From Macrostomum lignano (Eukaryota): a stretch of 64,000 bases of DNA. How positions within the stretch are numbered: the stretch's first letter is position 1; every line of letters begins with the position of its first letter. Both the position numbers and the translations under genes were made by a program. The notes beneath the pieces were generated by a model that was not told the origin of the DNA, did no database searches, and saw only the letters and a program-made list of their open reading frames with translations. Shown here piece after piece: positions 46,601 through 62,233 of the stretch. Location: assembly GCA_002269645.1 (NCBI GenBank), contig NIVC01001958.1, forward strand, positions 28,749 through 92,748, read 5' to 3'.

Positions 46601-49600
46601 GCAGATTGATTGACACGCACTGACACATACATGCGCGCAGACTGATTGACACGCACTGACACATACATGCGCGCAGATTGATTGACACGCACTGACACAT
46701 ACATGCGCGCAGATTGATTGACACGCACTGACACATACATGCGCGCAGACTGATTGACACGCACTGACACATACATGCGCGCAGATTGATTGACACGCAC
46801 TGACACATGCGCGCAGTTTGATTGACACGCACTGACACATGCGCGCAGACTGATTGACACACACTGACACATGCGCGCAGACTGATTGACACGCACTAAC
46901 ACATACATGCGCGCAGTTTGATTCACACGCACTGACACATACATGCGCGCAGTTTGATTGACACGCACTGACACATACATGCGCGCAGATTGATTGACAC
47001 ACACTGACACATGCGCGCAGATTGATTGACACACACTGACACATGCGCGCAGATTGATTGACACACACTGACACATGCGCGCAGATTGATTGACACACAC
47101 TGACACATGCGCGCAGATTGATTGACACACACTGATACATGCGCGCAGATTGATTGACACACACTGATACATGCGCGCAGATTGATTGACACACACTGAC
47201 ACATGCGCGCAGATTGATTGACACACTGACACATGCGCGCAGATTGATTGACACACACTGACACATGCGCGCAGATTGATTGACACGCACTGACACATAC
47301 ATGCGCGCAGATTGATTGACACGCACTGACACATACATGCGCGCAGATTGATTGACACGCACTGACACATACATGCGCGCAGTTTGATTGACACGCACTG
47401 ACACATACATGCGCGCAGATTGATTGACACGCACTGACACATACATGCGCGCAGTTTGATTGACACGCACTGACACATACATGCGCGCAGATTAATTGAC
47501 ACGCACTGACACATGCGCGCAGTTTGATTGACACGCACTGACACATGCGCGCAGATTGATTGACACACACTGACACATGCGCGCAGATTGATTGACACAC
47601 ACTGACACATGCGCGCAGTTTGATTGACACACACTGACACATGCGCGCAGATTGATTGACACACACTGACACATGCGCGCAGATTGATTGACACACACTG
47701 ATACATGCGCGCAGATTGATTGACACACACTGACACATGCGCGCAGATTGATGACATGCACTGACACATGCGCGCAGATTGATTGACACACACTGACACA
47801 TGCGCGCAGATTGATTGACACGCACTGACTCATACATGCGCGCAGTTTGATTGACACGCACTGACACATACATGCGCGCAGATTGATTGACACGCACTGA
47901 CACATACATGCGCGCAGTTTGATTGACACGCACTGACACATACATGCGCGCAGTTTGATTGACACGCACTGACACATACATGCGCGCAGTTTGATTGACA
48001 CGCACTGACACATACATGCGCGCAGTTTGATTGACACGCACTGACACATACATGCGCGCAGATTGATTGACACACACTGACAACATGCGCGCAGACTGAT
48101 TGACACACACTGACACATACATGCGCGCAGACTGATTGACACGCACTGACACATACATGCGCGCAGACTGATTGACACGCACTGACACATACATGCGCGC
48201 AGATTGATTGACACGCACTGACACATACATGCGCGCAGACTGATTGACACGCACTGACACATACATGCGCGCAGACTGATTGACACGCACTGACACATAC
48301 ATGCGCGCAGACTGATTGACACGCACTGACACATACATGCGCGCAGATTGATTGACACGCACTGACACATACATGCGCGCAGATTGATTGACACGCACTG
48401 ACACATACATGCGCGCAGACTGATTGACACGCACTGACACATACATGCGCGCAGATTGATTGACACGCACTGACACATACATGCGCGCAGATTGATTGAC
48501 ACGCACTGACTCATACATGCGCGCAGACTGATTGACACGCACTGACACATACATGCGCGCAGATTGATTGACACGCACTGACACATGCGCGCAGTTGATT
48601 GACACGCACTGACACATGCGCGCAGACTGATTGACACACTGACACATGCGCGCAGATTGATTGACACACACTGACACATGCGCGCAGATTGATTGACACA
48701 CACTGACACATGCGCGCAGATTGATTGACACACACTGACACATGCGCGCAGATTGATTGACACACACTGACACATGCGCGCAGATTGATTGACACACACT
48801 GATACATGCGCGCAGATTGATTGACACACACTGACACATGTGCGCAGATTGATTGACACGCACTGACACATACATGCGCGCAGATTGATTGACACGCACT
48901 GACACATACATGCGCGCAGTTTGATTGACACGCACTGACACATGCGCGCAGACTGATTGACACACACTGACACATGCGCGCAGATTGATTGACACACACT
49001 GACACATGCGCGCAGATTGATTGACACACACTGACACATGCGCGCAGATTGATTGACACACACTGACACATGCGCGCAGATTGATTGACACACACTGATA
49101 CATGCGCGCAGATTGATTGACACACACTGATACATGCGCGCAGATTGATTGACACACACTGACACATGCGCGCAGATTGATTGACATGCACTGACACATG
49201 CGCGCAGATTGATTGACACACACTGACACATGCGCGCAGATTGATTGACACGCACTGACACATACATGCGCGCAGTTTGATTGACACGCACTGACACATA
49301 CATGCGCGCAGATTGATTGACACGCACTGACACATACATGCGCGCAGTTTGATTGACACGCACTGACACATACATGCGCGCAGATTGATTGACACACACT
49401 GACAACATGCGCGCAGACTGATTGACACACACTGACACATACATGCGCGCAGACTGATTGACACGCACTGACACATACATGCGCGCAGTTTGATTGACAC
49501 GCACTGACACATACATGCGCGCAGACTGATTGACACGCACTGACACATACATGCGCGCAGTTTGATTGACACGCACTGACACATACATGCGCGCAGTTTG

Positions 49601-52600
49601 ATTGACACGCACTGACACATACATGCGCGCAGATTGATTGACACACACTGACAAATGCGCGCAGACTGATTGACACGCACTGACACATACATGCGCGCAG
49701 ATTGATTGACACGCACTGACACATACATGCGCGCAGACTGATTGACACGCACTGACACATACATGCGCGCAGATTGATTGACACGCACTGACACATACAT
49801 GCGCGCAGACTGATTGACACGCACTGACACATACATGCGCGCAGACTGATTGACACGCACTGACACATACATGCGCGCAGACTGATTGACACGCACTGAC
49901 ACATACATGCGCGCAGACTGATTGACACGCACTGACACATACATGCGCGCAGATTGATTGACACGCACTGACACATACATGCGCGCAGATTGATTGACAC
50001 GCACTGACACATACATGCGCGCAGACTGATTGACACGCACTGACACATACATGCGCGCAGATTGATTGACACGCACTGACACATACATGCGCGCAGATTG
50101 ATTGACACGCACTGACTCATACATGCGCGCAGACTGATTGACACGCACTGACACATACATGCGCGCAGATTGATTGACACGCACTGACACATGCGCGCAG
50201 ATTGATTGACACACACTGACACATGCGCGCAGACTGATTGACACACACTGACACATGCGCGCAGATTGATTGACACACACTGACACATGCGCGCAGATTG
50301 ATTGACACACACTGACACATGCGCGCAGATTGATTGACACACACTGACACATGCGCGCAGATTGATTGACACACACTGATACATGCGCGCAGATTGATTG
50401 ACACACACTGATACATGCGCGCAGATTGATTGACACACACTGACACATGCGCGCAGATTGATTGACATGCACTGACACATGCGCGCAGATTGATTGACAC
50501 ACACTGACACATGCGCGCAGATTGATTGACACGCACTGACTCATACATGCGCGCAGTTGATTGACACGCACTGACACATACATGCGCGCAGATTGATTGA
50601 CACGCACTGACACATACATGCGCGCAGTTTGATTGACACGCACTGACACATACATGCGCGCAGTTTGATTGACACGCACTGACACATACATGCGCGCAGT
50701 TTGATTGACACGCACTGACACATACATGCGCGCAGTTTGATTGACACGCACTGACACATACATGCGCGCAGTTTGATTGACACGCACTGACACATACATG
50801 CGCGCAGATTGATTGACACACACTGACAAATGCGCGCAGACTGATTGACACACACTGACACATACATGCGCGCAGACTGATTGACACGCACTGACACATA
50901 CATGCGCGCAGACTGATTGACACGCACTGACACATACATGCGCGCAGTTTGATTCACACGCACTGACACATACATGCGCGCAGTTTGATTGACACGCACT
51001 GACACATACATGCGCGCAGTTTGATTGACACACACTGACAAATGCGCGCAGACTGATTGACACACACTGACACATACATGCGCGCAGACTGATTGACACG
51101 CACTGACACATACATGCGCGCAGACTGATTGACACGCACTGACACATACATGCGCGCAGTTTGATTGACACGCAATGACACATACATGCGCGCAGACTGA
51201 TTGACACGCACTGACACATACATGCGCGCAGTTTGATTCACACGCACTGACACATGCGCGCAGATTGATTGACACACACTGACACATGTGCGCAGATTGA
51301 TTGACACGCACTGACACATACATGCGCGCAGTTTGATTGACACGCACTGACACATACATGCGCGCAGATTGATTGACACGCACTGACACATACATGCGCG
51401 CAGATTGATTGACACGCACTGACACATACATGCGCGCAGTTTGATTGACACGCACTGACACATACATGCGCGCAGACTGATTGACACGCACTGACACATA
51501 CATGCGCGCAGTTGATTGACACGCACTGACACATACATGCGCGCAGTTTGATTGACACGCACTGACACATACATGCGCGCAGATTGATTGACACACACTG
51601 ACACATGCGCGCAGATTGATTGACACACACTGACACATGCGCGCAGATTGATTGACACACACTGACACATGCGCGCAGATTGATTGACACACACTGACAC
51701 ATGCGCGCAGATTGATTGACACACACTGATACATGCGCGCAGATTGATTGACACACACTGATACATGCGCGCAGATTGATTGACACACACTGACACATGC
51801 GCGCAGATTGAATGACATGCACTGACACATGCGCGCAGATTGATTGACACACACTGACACATGTGCGCAGATTGATTGACACGCACTGACACATACATGC
51901 GCGCAGTTTGATTGACACGCACTGACACATACATGCGCGCAGACTGATTGACACGCACTGACACATACATGCGCGCAGATTGATTGACACGCACTGACAC
52001 ATACATGCGCGCAGACTGATTGACACGCACTGACACATACATGCGCGCAGATTGATTGACACGCACTGACAAATGCGCGCAGACTGATTGACACACACTG
52101 ACACATACATGCGCGCAGACTGATTGACACGCACTGACACATACATGCGCGCAGACTGATTGACACGCACTGACACATACATGCGCGCAGTTTGATTGAC
52201 ACGCACTGACACATACATGCGCGCAGTTTGATTGACACGCACTGACACATACATGCGCGCAGTTTGATTGACACACACTGACAAATGCGCGCAGACTGAT
52301 TGACACACACTGACACATACATGCGCGCAGACTGATTGACACGCACTGACACATACATGCGCGCAGACTGATTGACACGCACTGACACATACATGCGCGC
52401 AGATTGATTGACACGCACTGACACATACATGCGCGCAGTTGATTGACACGCACTGACACATACATGCGCGCAGTTTGATTGACACGCACTGACACATACA
52501 TGCGCGCAGTTTGATTGACACGCACTGACACATACATGCGCGCAGTTTGATTCACACGCACTGACACATACATGCGCGCAGTTTGATTGACACGCACTGA

Positions 52601-55600
52601 CACATACATGCGCGCAGATTGATTGACACACACTGACAAATGCGCGCAGACTGATTGACACACACTGACACATACATGCGCGCAGACTGATTGACACGCA
52701 CTGACACATACATGCGCGCAGACTGATTGACACGCACTGACACATACATGCGCGCAGTTTGATTCACACGCACTGACACATACATGCGCGCAGTTTGATT
52801 GACACGCACTGACACATACATGCGCGCAGTTTGATTGACACACACTGACAAATGCGCGCAGACTGATTGACACACACTGACACATACATGCGCGCAGACT
52901 GATTGACACGCACTGACACATACATGCGCGCAGACTGATTGACACGCACTGACACATACATGCGCGCAGTTTGATTGACACGCACTGACACATACATGCG
53001 CGCAGACTGATTGACACGCACTGACACATACATGCGCGCAGTTTGATTGACACGCACTGACACATGCGCGCAGATTGATTGACACACACTGACACATGCG
53101 CGCAGATTGATTGACACGCACTGACACATACATGCGCGCAGTTGATTGACACGCACTGACACATACATGCGCGCAGATTGATTGACACGCACTGACACAT
53201 ACATGCGCGCAGATTGATTGACACGCACTGACACATACATGCGCGCAGTTTGATTGACACGCACTGACACATACATGCGCGCAGACTGATTGACACGCAC
53301 TGACACATACATGCGCGCAGTTTGATTGACACGCACTGACACATACATGCGCGCAGTTTGATTGACACGCACTGACACATACATGCGCGCAGATTGATTG
53401 ACACACACTGACACATGCGCGCAGATTGATTGACACACACTGACACATGCGCGCAGATTGATTGACACACACTGACACATGCGCGCAGATTGATTGACAC
53501 ACACTGACACATGCGCGCAGATTGATTGACACACACTGATACATGCGCGCAGATTGATTGACACACACTGATACATGCGCGCAGATTGATTGACACACAC
53601 TGACACATGCGCGCAGATTGATTGACATGCACTGACACATGCGCGCAGATTGATTGACACACACTGACACATGCGCGCAGATTGATTGACACGCACTGAC
53701 ACATACATGCGCGCAGTTTGATTGACACGCACTGACACATACATGCGCGCAGACTGATTGACACGCACTGACACATACATGCGCGCAGATTGATTGACAC
53801 GCACTGACACATACATGCGCGCAGACTGATTGACACGCACTGACACATACATGCGCGCAGATTGATTGACACGCACTGACAACATGCGCGCAGACTGATT
53901 GACACACACTGACACATACATGCGCGCAGACTGATTGACACGCACTGACACATACATGCGCGCAGACTGATTGACACGCACTGACACATACATGCGCGCA
54001 GTTTGATTGACACGCACTGACACATACATGCGCGCAGTTTGATTGACACGCACTGACACATACATGCGCGCAGTTTGATTGACACACACTGACAAATGCG
54101 CGCAGACTGATTGACACACACTGACACATACATGCGCGCAGACTGATTGACACGCACTGACACATACATGCGCGCAGACTGATTGACACGCACTGACACA
54201 TACATGCGCGCAGTTTGATTGACACGCAATGACACATACATGCGCGCAGACTGATTGACACGCACTGACACATACATGCGCGCAGTTTGATTCACACGCA
54301 CTGACACATGCGCGCAGATTGATTGACACACACTGACACATGTGCGCAGATTGATTGACACGCACTGACACATACATGCGCGCAGTTTGATTGACACGCA
54401 CTGACACATACATGCGCGCAGATTGATTGACACGCACTGACACATACATGCGCGCAGATTGATTGACACGCACTGACACATACATGCGCGCAGTTTGATT
54501 GACACGCACTGACACATACATGCGCGCAGACTGATTGACACGCACTGACACATACATGCGCGCAGTTTGATTCACACGCACTGACACATACATGCGCGCA
54601 GTTTGATTGACACGCACTGACACATACATGCGCGCAGATTGATTGACACACACTGACACATGCGCGCAGATTGATTGACACACACTGACACATGCGCGCA
54701 GATTGATTGACACACACTGACACATGCGCGCAGATTGATTGACACACACTGACACATGCGCGCAGATTGATTGACACACACTGATACATGCGCGCAGATT
54801 GATTGACACACACTGATACATGCGCGCAGATTGATTGACACACACTGACACATGCGCGCAGATTGATGACATGCACTGACACATGCGCGCAGATTGATTG
54901 ACACACACTGACACATGTGCGCAGATTGATTGACACGCACTGACACATACATGCGCGCAGTTTGATTGACACGCACTGACACATACATGCGCGCAGACTG
55001 ATTGACACGCACTGACACATACATGCGCGCAGATTGATTGACACGCACTGACACATACATGCGCGCAGACTGATTGACACGCACTGACACATACATGCGC
55101 GCAGATTGATTGACACGCACTGACACATACATGCGCGCAGACTGATTGACACGCACTGACACATACATGCGCGCAGACTGATTGACACGCACTGACACAT
55201 ACATGCGCGCAGATTGATTGACACGCACTGACACATACATGCGCGCAGTTTGATTGACACGCACTGACACATACATGCGCGCAGACTGATTGACACGCAC
55301 TGACACATACATGCGCGCAGACTGATTGACACGCACTGACACATACATGCGCGCAGTTTGATTCACACGCACTGACACATACATGCGCGCAGATTGATTG
55401 ACACACACTGACAAATGCGCGCAGACTGATTGACACACACTGACACATACATGCGCGCAGACTGATTGACACGCACTGACACATACATGCGCGCAGACTG
55501 ATTGACACGCACTGACACATACATGCGCGCAGATTGATTGACACGCACTGACACATACATGCGCGCAGACTGATTGACACGCACTGACACATACATGCGC

Positions 55601-58600
55601 GCAGACTGATTGACACGCACTGACACATACATGCGCGCAGATTGATTGACACGCACTGACACATACATGCGCGCAGATTGATTGACACGCACTGACTCAT
55701 ACATGCGCGCAGACTGATTGACACGCACTGACACATACATGCGCGCAGATTGATTGACACGCACTGACACATGCGCGCAGTTTGATTGACACGCACTGAC
55801 ACATGCGCGCAGTTTGATTGACACGCACTGACACATGCGCGCAGACTGATTGACACACACTGACACATACATGCGCGCAGACTGATTGACACGCACTGAC
55901 ACATACATGCGCGCAGTTTGATTGACACGCACTGACACATACATGCGCGCAGATTGATTGACACACACTGACAAATGCGCGCAGACTGATTGACACGCAC
56001 TGACACATACATGCGCGCAGATTGATTGACACGCACTGACTCATACATGCGCGCAGACTGATTGACACGCACTGACACATACATGCGCGCAGATTGATTG
56101 ACACGCACTGACACATGCGCGCAGTTTGATTGACACGCACTGACACATGCGCGCAGACTGATTGACACACACTGACACATGCGCGCAGATTGATTGACAC
56201 ACACTGACACATGCGCGCAGATTGATTGACACACACTGACACATGCGCGCAGATTGATTGACACACACTGACACATGCGCGCAGATTGATTGACACACAC
56301 TGATACATGCGCGCAGATTGATTGACACACACTGATACATGCGCGCAGATTGATTGACACACACTGACACATGCGCGCAGATTGAATGACATGCACTGAC
56401 ACATGCGCGCAGATTGATTGACACGCACTTACTCATACATGCGCGCAGTTTGATTGACACGCACTGACACATACATGCGCGCAGACTGATTGACACGCAC
56501 TGACACATACATGCGCGCAGATTGATTGACACGCACTGACACATACATGCGCGCAGATTGATTGACACGCACTGACACATACATGCGCGCAGACTGATTG
56601 ACACGCACTGACACATACATGCGCGCAGACTGATTGACACGCACTGACACATACATGCGCGCAGATTGATTGACACGCACTGACACATACATGCGCGCAG
56701 ACTGATTGACACGCACTGACACATACATGCGCGCAGACTGATTGACACGCACTGACACATACATGCGCGCAGACTGATTGACACGCACTGACACATACAT
56801 GCGCGCAGATTGATTGACACGCACTGACACATACATGCGCGCAGATTGATTGACACGCACTGACTCATACATGCGCGCAGACTGATTGACACGCACTGAC
56901 ACATACATGCGCGCAGATTGATTGACACGCACTGACACATACATGCGCGCAGATTGATTGACACGCACTGACTCATACATGCGCGCAGACTGATTGACAC
57001 GCACTGACACATACATGCGCGCAGATTGATTGACACGCACTGACACATGCGCGCAGTTTGATTGACACGCACTGACACATGCGCGCAGACTGATTGACAC
57101 ACACTGACACATGCGCGCAGATTGATTGACACACACTGACACATGCGCGCAGATTGATTGACACACACTGACACATGCGCGCAGATTGATTGACACACAC
57201 TGACACATGCGCGCAGATTGATTGACACACACTGATACATGCGCGCAGATTGATTGACACACACTGATACATGCGCGCAGATTGATTGACACACACTGAC
57301 ACATGCGCGCAGATTGAATGACATGCACTGACACATGCGCGCAGATTGATTGACACACACTGACACATGTGCGCAGATTGATTGACACGCACTGACACAT
57401 ACATGCGCGCAGTTTGATTGACACGCACTGACACATACATGCGCGCAGATTGATTGACACGCACTGACACATACATGCGCGCAGTTTGATTGACACGCAC
57501 TGACACATACATGCGCGCAGATTGATTGACACGCACTGACACATACATGCGCGCAGTTTGATTGACACGCACTGACACATACATGCGCGCAGACTGATTG
57601 ACACGCACTGACACATACATGCGCGCAGATTGATTGACACGCACTGACACATACATGCGCGCAGTTTGATTGACACGCACTGACACATACATGCGCGCAG
57701 ATTGATTGACACACACTGACAAATGCGCGCAGACTGATTGACACACACTGACACATACATGCGCGCAGACTGATTGACACGCACTGACACATACATGCGC
57801 GCAGACTGATTGACACGCACTGACACATACATGCGCGCAGATTGATTGACACGCACTGACACATACATGCGCGCAGACTGATTGACACGCACTGACACAT
57901 ACATGCGCGCAGACTGATTGACACGCACTGACACATACATGCGCGCAGACTGATTGACACGCACTGACACATACATGCGCGCAGACTGATTGACACGCAC
58001 TGACACATACATGCGCGCAGATTGATTGACACGCACTGACACATAGATGCGCGCAGATTGATTGACACGCACTGACTCATACATGCGCGCAGACTGATTG
58101 ACACGCACTGACACATACATGCGCGCAGTTTGATTGACACGCACTGACACATGCGCGCAGTTTGATTGACACGCACTGACACATGCGCGCAGACTGATTG
58201 ACACACACTGACACATGCGCGCAGATTGATTGACACACACTGACACATGCGCGCAGTTTGATTGACACACACTGACACATGCGCGCAGATTGATTGACAC
58301 ACACTGACACATGCGCGCAGATTGATTGACACACACTGATACATGCGCGCAGATTGATTGACACACACTGATACATGCGCGCAGATTGATTGACACACAC
58401 TGACACATGCGCGCAGATTGAATGACATGCACTGACACATGCGCGCAGATTGATTGACACACACTGACACATGTGCGCAGATTGATTGACACGCACTGAC
58501 ACATACATGCGCGCAGTTTGATTGACACGCACTGACACATACATGCGCGCAGATTGATTGAAACGCACTGACACATACATGCGCGCAGTTTGATTGACAC

Positions 58601-59327
58601 GCACTGACACATACATGCGCGCAGATTGATTGACACGCACTGACACATACATGCGCGCAGTTTGATTGACACGCACTGACACATACATGCGCGCAGACTG
58701 ATTGACACGCACTGACACATACATGCGCGCAGTTTGATTGACACGCACTGACACATACATGCGCGCAGTTTGATTGACACGCACTGACACATACATGCGC
58801 GCAGATTGATTGACACACACTGACAAATGCGCGCAGACTGATTGACACACACTGACACATACATGCGCGCAGACTGATTGACACGCACTGACACATACAT
58901 GCGCGCAGACTGATTGACACGCACTGACACATACATGCGCGCAGATTGATTGACACGCACTGACACATACATGCGCGCAGACTGATTGACACGCACTGAC
59001 ACATACATGCGCGCAGATTGATTGACACGCACTGACACATACATGCGCGCAGACTGATTGACACGCACTGACACATACATGCGCGCAGACTGATTGACAC
59101 GCACTGACACATACATGCGCGCAGATTGATTGACACGCACTGACACATACATGCGCGCAGATTGATTGACACGCACTGACTCATACATGCGCGCAGACTG
59201 ATTGACACGCACTGACACATACATGCGCGCAGATTGATTGACACGCACTGACACATGCGCGCAGTTTGATTGACACGCACTGACACATGCGCGCAGACTG
59301 ATTGACACACACTGACACATGCGCGCA
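43617..59327. repeat. 15.7-kb satellite of alternating 32-bp and 36-bp units (GCGCGCAGATTGATTGACAC(A/G)CACTGACACAT[ACAT]) with 1.1-1.8-kb higher-order repeats
   Basis: About 460 units; diagnostic variant ATTGAATGACATGC recurs at 44361/45793 (1432 bp apart) and 57313/58417 (1104 bp apart). Confidence 0.99.
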
Positions 59328-59571
59328 ATGGGGTTTACAGTTCGGCAGCTTTAAAGCTCGTCATTTATTTGATCATATCATATGTTAGTCAGCACCAAGG
59401 GCGCCATAATTATTGCCAGCTTTGGGGGGGGGGGGTGACCCATATGGTTATAAGTGAGCATATTAAGAGCATGCGTGAGCGCCACCGCCCACTACGGTAA
59501 CCGAAGCCACCGCCCCAAGCTCTGCACTGAAAAGATTCAGGTAGGCTGCACTATCTGTCCACAATACGAGT

Positions 59572-60141
59572 TGTAACGACGTGTGTAGCTTTTAGATCCC
59601 ATTGTCCCATCTCTCTCGTCTCCTTTCCCTTTTCCCCTTGTGTCTACACATCAATTCCTACCTACACCACAACTTCCCGATTCCCTCTTCCTCTTTGCAC
59701 CTGGGGGGATTAGTCCGGCCTCGCCTGGGGAAGATTTTTGTTACTATTTTTAGCAGCAAGCTGCCTTCCCCCGTTTGCTTCCTGCATAGTCAAAGCCCAT
59801 CCCATAGGTGAGTCAGCCGCCCGCCTTTCCTAAGCCACGCCAGCACAGTAGACTACAGAGAACTACCTCTCCCCATAGCTCTATCCGCTCCTGGCCTGGA
59901 CCGCCCCTGTTCCTCCCGTGTGTACCGCGTGTGCACAGGGACCGGCCACATAAAATATAAGTCATTGCCTGCTGTGCGGTCTCTCCTCCCTTCACCCCTG
60001 CCCCTTCTGTTCTCGGCGCTTGACCTGAGAACTGCTTGAATGAACGGGAATGAAGCACAGTGAATGAATGTATTTCCCCTCGGGTTCTGACAGCTCCCCT
60101 TGCCGATTCCTGACTTCGGGTTCGCCAATAAAGCCATAACA
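59572..60141 (+). mobile_element. Possible solo LTR, about 570 bp
   Basis: Starts TGTAACG, ends CATAACA; TATA-like TAAAATATAA at 59951; AATAAA at 60127-60132 just before the end. No TSD recognised, so tentative. Confidence 0.35.
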
Positions 60142-60564
60142 GACCCCCCATTTTTACCGCAATAAAATTACTAATAATAATAATACTAAAAGCGAAGCCT
60201 GCAAGAGCCTCCTTTGTGGCTCAGTAAAACAGTTGCTAGCCTCCCTCGCTGGCCAAGCCTGAGAGCCTCGGTCCCACCAACCAACAGCAGCCAATCAAAG
60301 TGGCAAGGGGGGCGGCAAGCAAGCGGCGGACTCTTAAAAAGCAACACAACATATAAGCGCGGTTTAACAATTAGTGAATGCACGGACTGGTTTAAAATTT
60401 GTTCGATCGCTATAATTTACAGACTGCTGTAGGGACATTGCTGCACTTGTTTGACGTACAGAGACAGGTGAGTGCTTGCTGCACAGAGCTCTATTTGTAA
60501 TTTTGTAATTTTTCAAGTTTGTAGCCTTGTAGCTAAAATGCAGACAATTAGTTTGTCTTGCTGT

Positions 60565-61050
60565 CACGGATACGTAAGCAGACACCATTTTTAGTTAGAG
60601 GCATGATGTAGGTTAGATTAGCAATCCATTCTATTCCTGCATCCTGCTTCATCCATTCCATTCCGCCGCCGACTCCCATGAGCAGGCACACAAGCGCGCG
60701 GATACGTACTCATTCAATGCACAGGCACACTCTCGCACAGGAGTGTACAGCAGCCGTGACTTTATTTATCGTCAGGCATGTACACTTCACCGTGCCTTGG
60801 GGGTTGGCCCTCAAAGGCGTTAATTGCACGAGCAGAGCCAAGCCGAGATTCCAGTTTAGCCCGAAATTAATGTGACTGCACTGAAAATCGAGCCTGGGCC
60901 GCTGGCACATCAGAGCCTGCGCTACCGCTGGGCTACGGCTCCCCTATGCAGGCACACACTCACGCAGAGTGTACATCGGCCTTGACGTTCTCGCCGTGTA
61001 CAAACTTTTTGCATTGAAGGGTTGGCTCTTATGAGCAAGAATTGCACAAG
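60565..61050 (-). mobile_element. Older SINE remnant split by the 60588-60944 insertion
   Basis: Left flank CGGATACGTAAGCAGACAC and right flank TATGCAGGCACACACTCACGCAGAGTGTAC..GGGGTTGGCTCT..AATTGCACAAGC are contiguous in the SINE consensus. Confidence 0.55.
60588..60944 (-). mobile_element. tRNA-derived SINE, subfamily with a different subterminal segment, nested in an older SINE
   Basis: Head and core match the other copies; ends GCCTCTAACTAAAAA like GCCTCTAATAAAAA; the GGTTGTGTGC/GCACACAACC hairpin is replaced by GAATG/GGATG-rich sequence. Confidence 0.8.
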
Positions 61051-61504
61051 CCTTTGGGGTAGCAACCGTCTCAGAGAAGGACCTAATTCAGGGTAGCAGC
61101 TGAATAAAAGTAAACTGTAACAGTTTAACAGTGGCTGTAGGGCTTGACTTTGGCAGCATTATTCTCTGCATGATTTGACCCGATGAGTCACAGGCATTCA
61201 TTCAGCAGTTTCAATTGTTGAACGCTTGAAGGCGCCAAAAGTTACAATTAAAATGCGCAAATTTATACACACAAACTGTTGTCCAGTGCCTACACTGCTA
61301 TTTCTATTCCCACGGACACGGACACACCGGGCAATCTCTGCCATAAGTGTGTTTTCTATCGTATAGTTTTTCACCAACAGCAACGCACGCAGCACTGGAG
61401 GTGCGCGCCCTGCTGCTCTGCTTTATCTCTGTGTAGTCTCGATTCGTATTTTATTTTTTCTCTCTACTCTCCTTTTCGCGATTTTCTCTCGAACAGAGGA
61501 AAAA

Positions 61505-62179
61505 ATGGCGCAGTTTGTGGCAGAGTTGGTGATAGTGAGGGATAGGGAGGTTGATTGCAAGCAACAGCTACAGAACAAGGATCGCATGGTCTACTACATA
61601 CTCATTGGCAGGAAACAAAACAAATTGAAACATGCTCTGCTTGTCACCTCTTTTAAAAGCTCTTTCTTGCTGCGTTTTCGCTTCATTTGCTACGACCATA
61701 CGGTTTACACGGGGGGGAGAGCAGGGTGACTCACCTACCTCCCACGGAGAGCAAGGCGGCACCCTTCAAGCCATTGCCCCACCCCCAAAAGCTCTCAGTG
61801 GCGAATTATTGGTTTGGCTACTGAGAAGAAGCGCCTTCAGCTCTTGGGTTGCCGAGGGGGGTGGGTGGGTGCTGCGTACAGTGGGTACACAGCAATGCCT
61901 ATCTGCACTCAGAGGCCAAACTGCTTGCTCACTCGTCAACCCCCGAAGCACAAGGGTAGAGAGAGAGACTGCAGCGGGGGAGTCAATTTCCCATGCCTGG
62001 CTGGGTTGGGTAGAAAAGCTCTCTTGCCTGAGGCGGGACTTTGGTACTGTGCTATATTTAGGCAGACATACGATTAGCTAGCTAGTTCAGGGCCATAAGT
62101 GTGTACGAACGACCAACAGCTTAGTCAGTGCCATAAAAAGACATTTCTATGCTCACTGGAGACGCCCACGTTCGCTGTT

Positions 62180-62233
<54 letters not shown>

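Noticed and set aside
43572-59328. Very long (up to 1,248 aa) Cys/Val-rich minus-strand ORFs
   Set aside because: The satellite unit has no stop codon in any minus-strand frame. ORFs overlap in all three frames and switch with 32/36-bp unit changes, so they are repeat artefacts.
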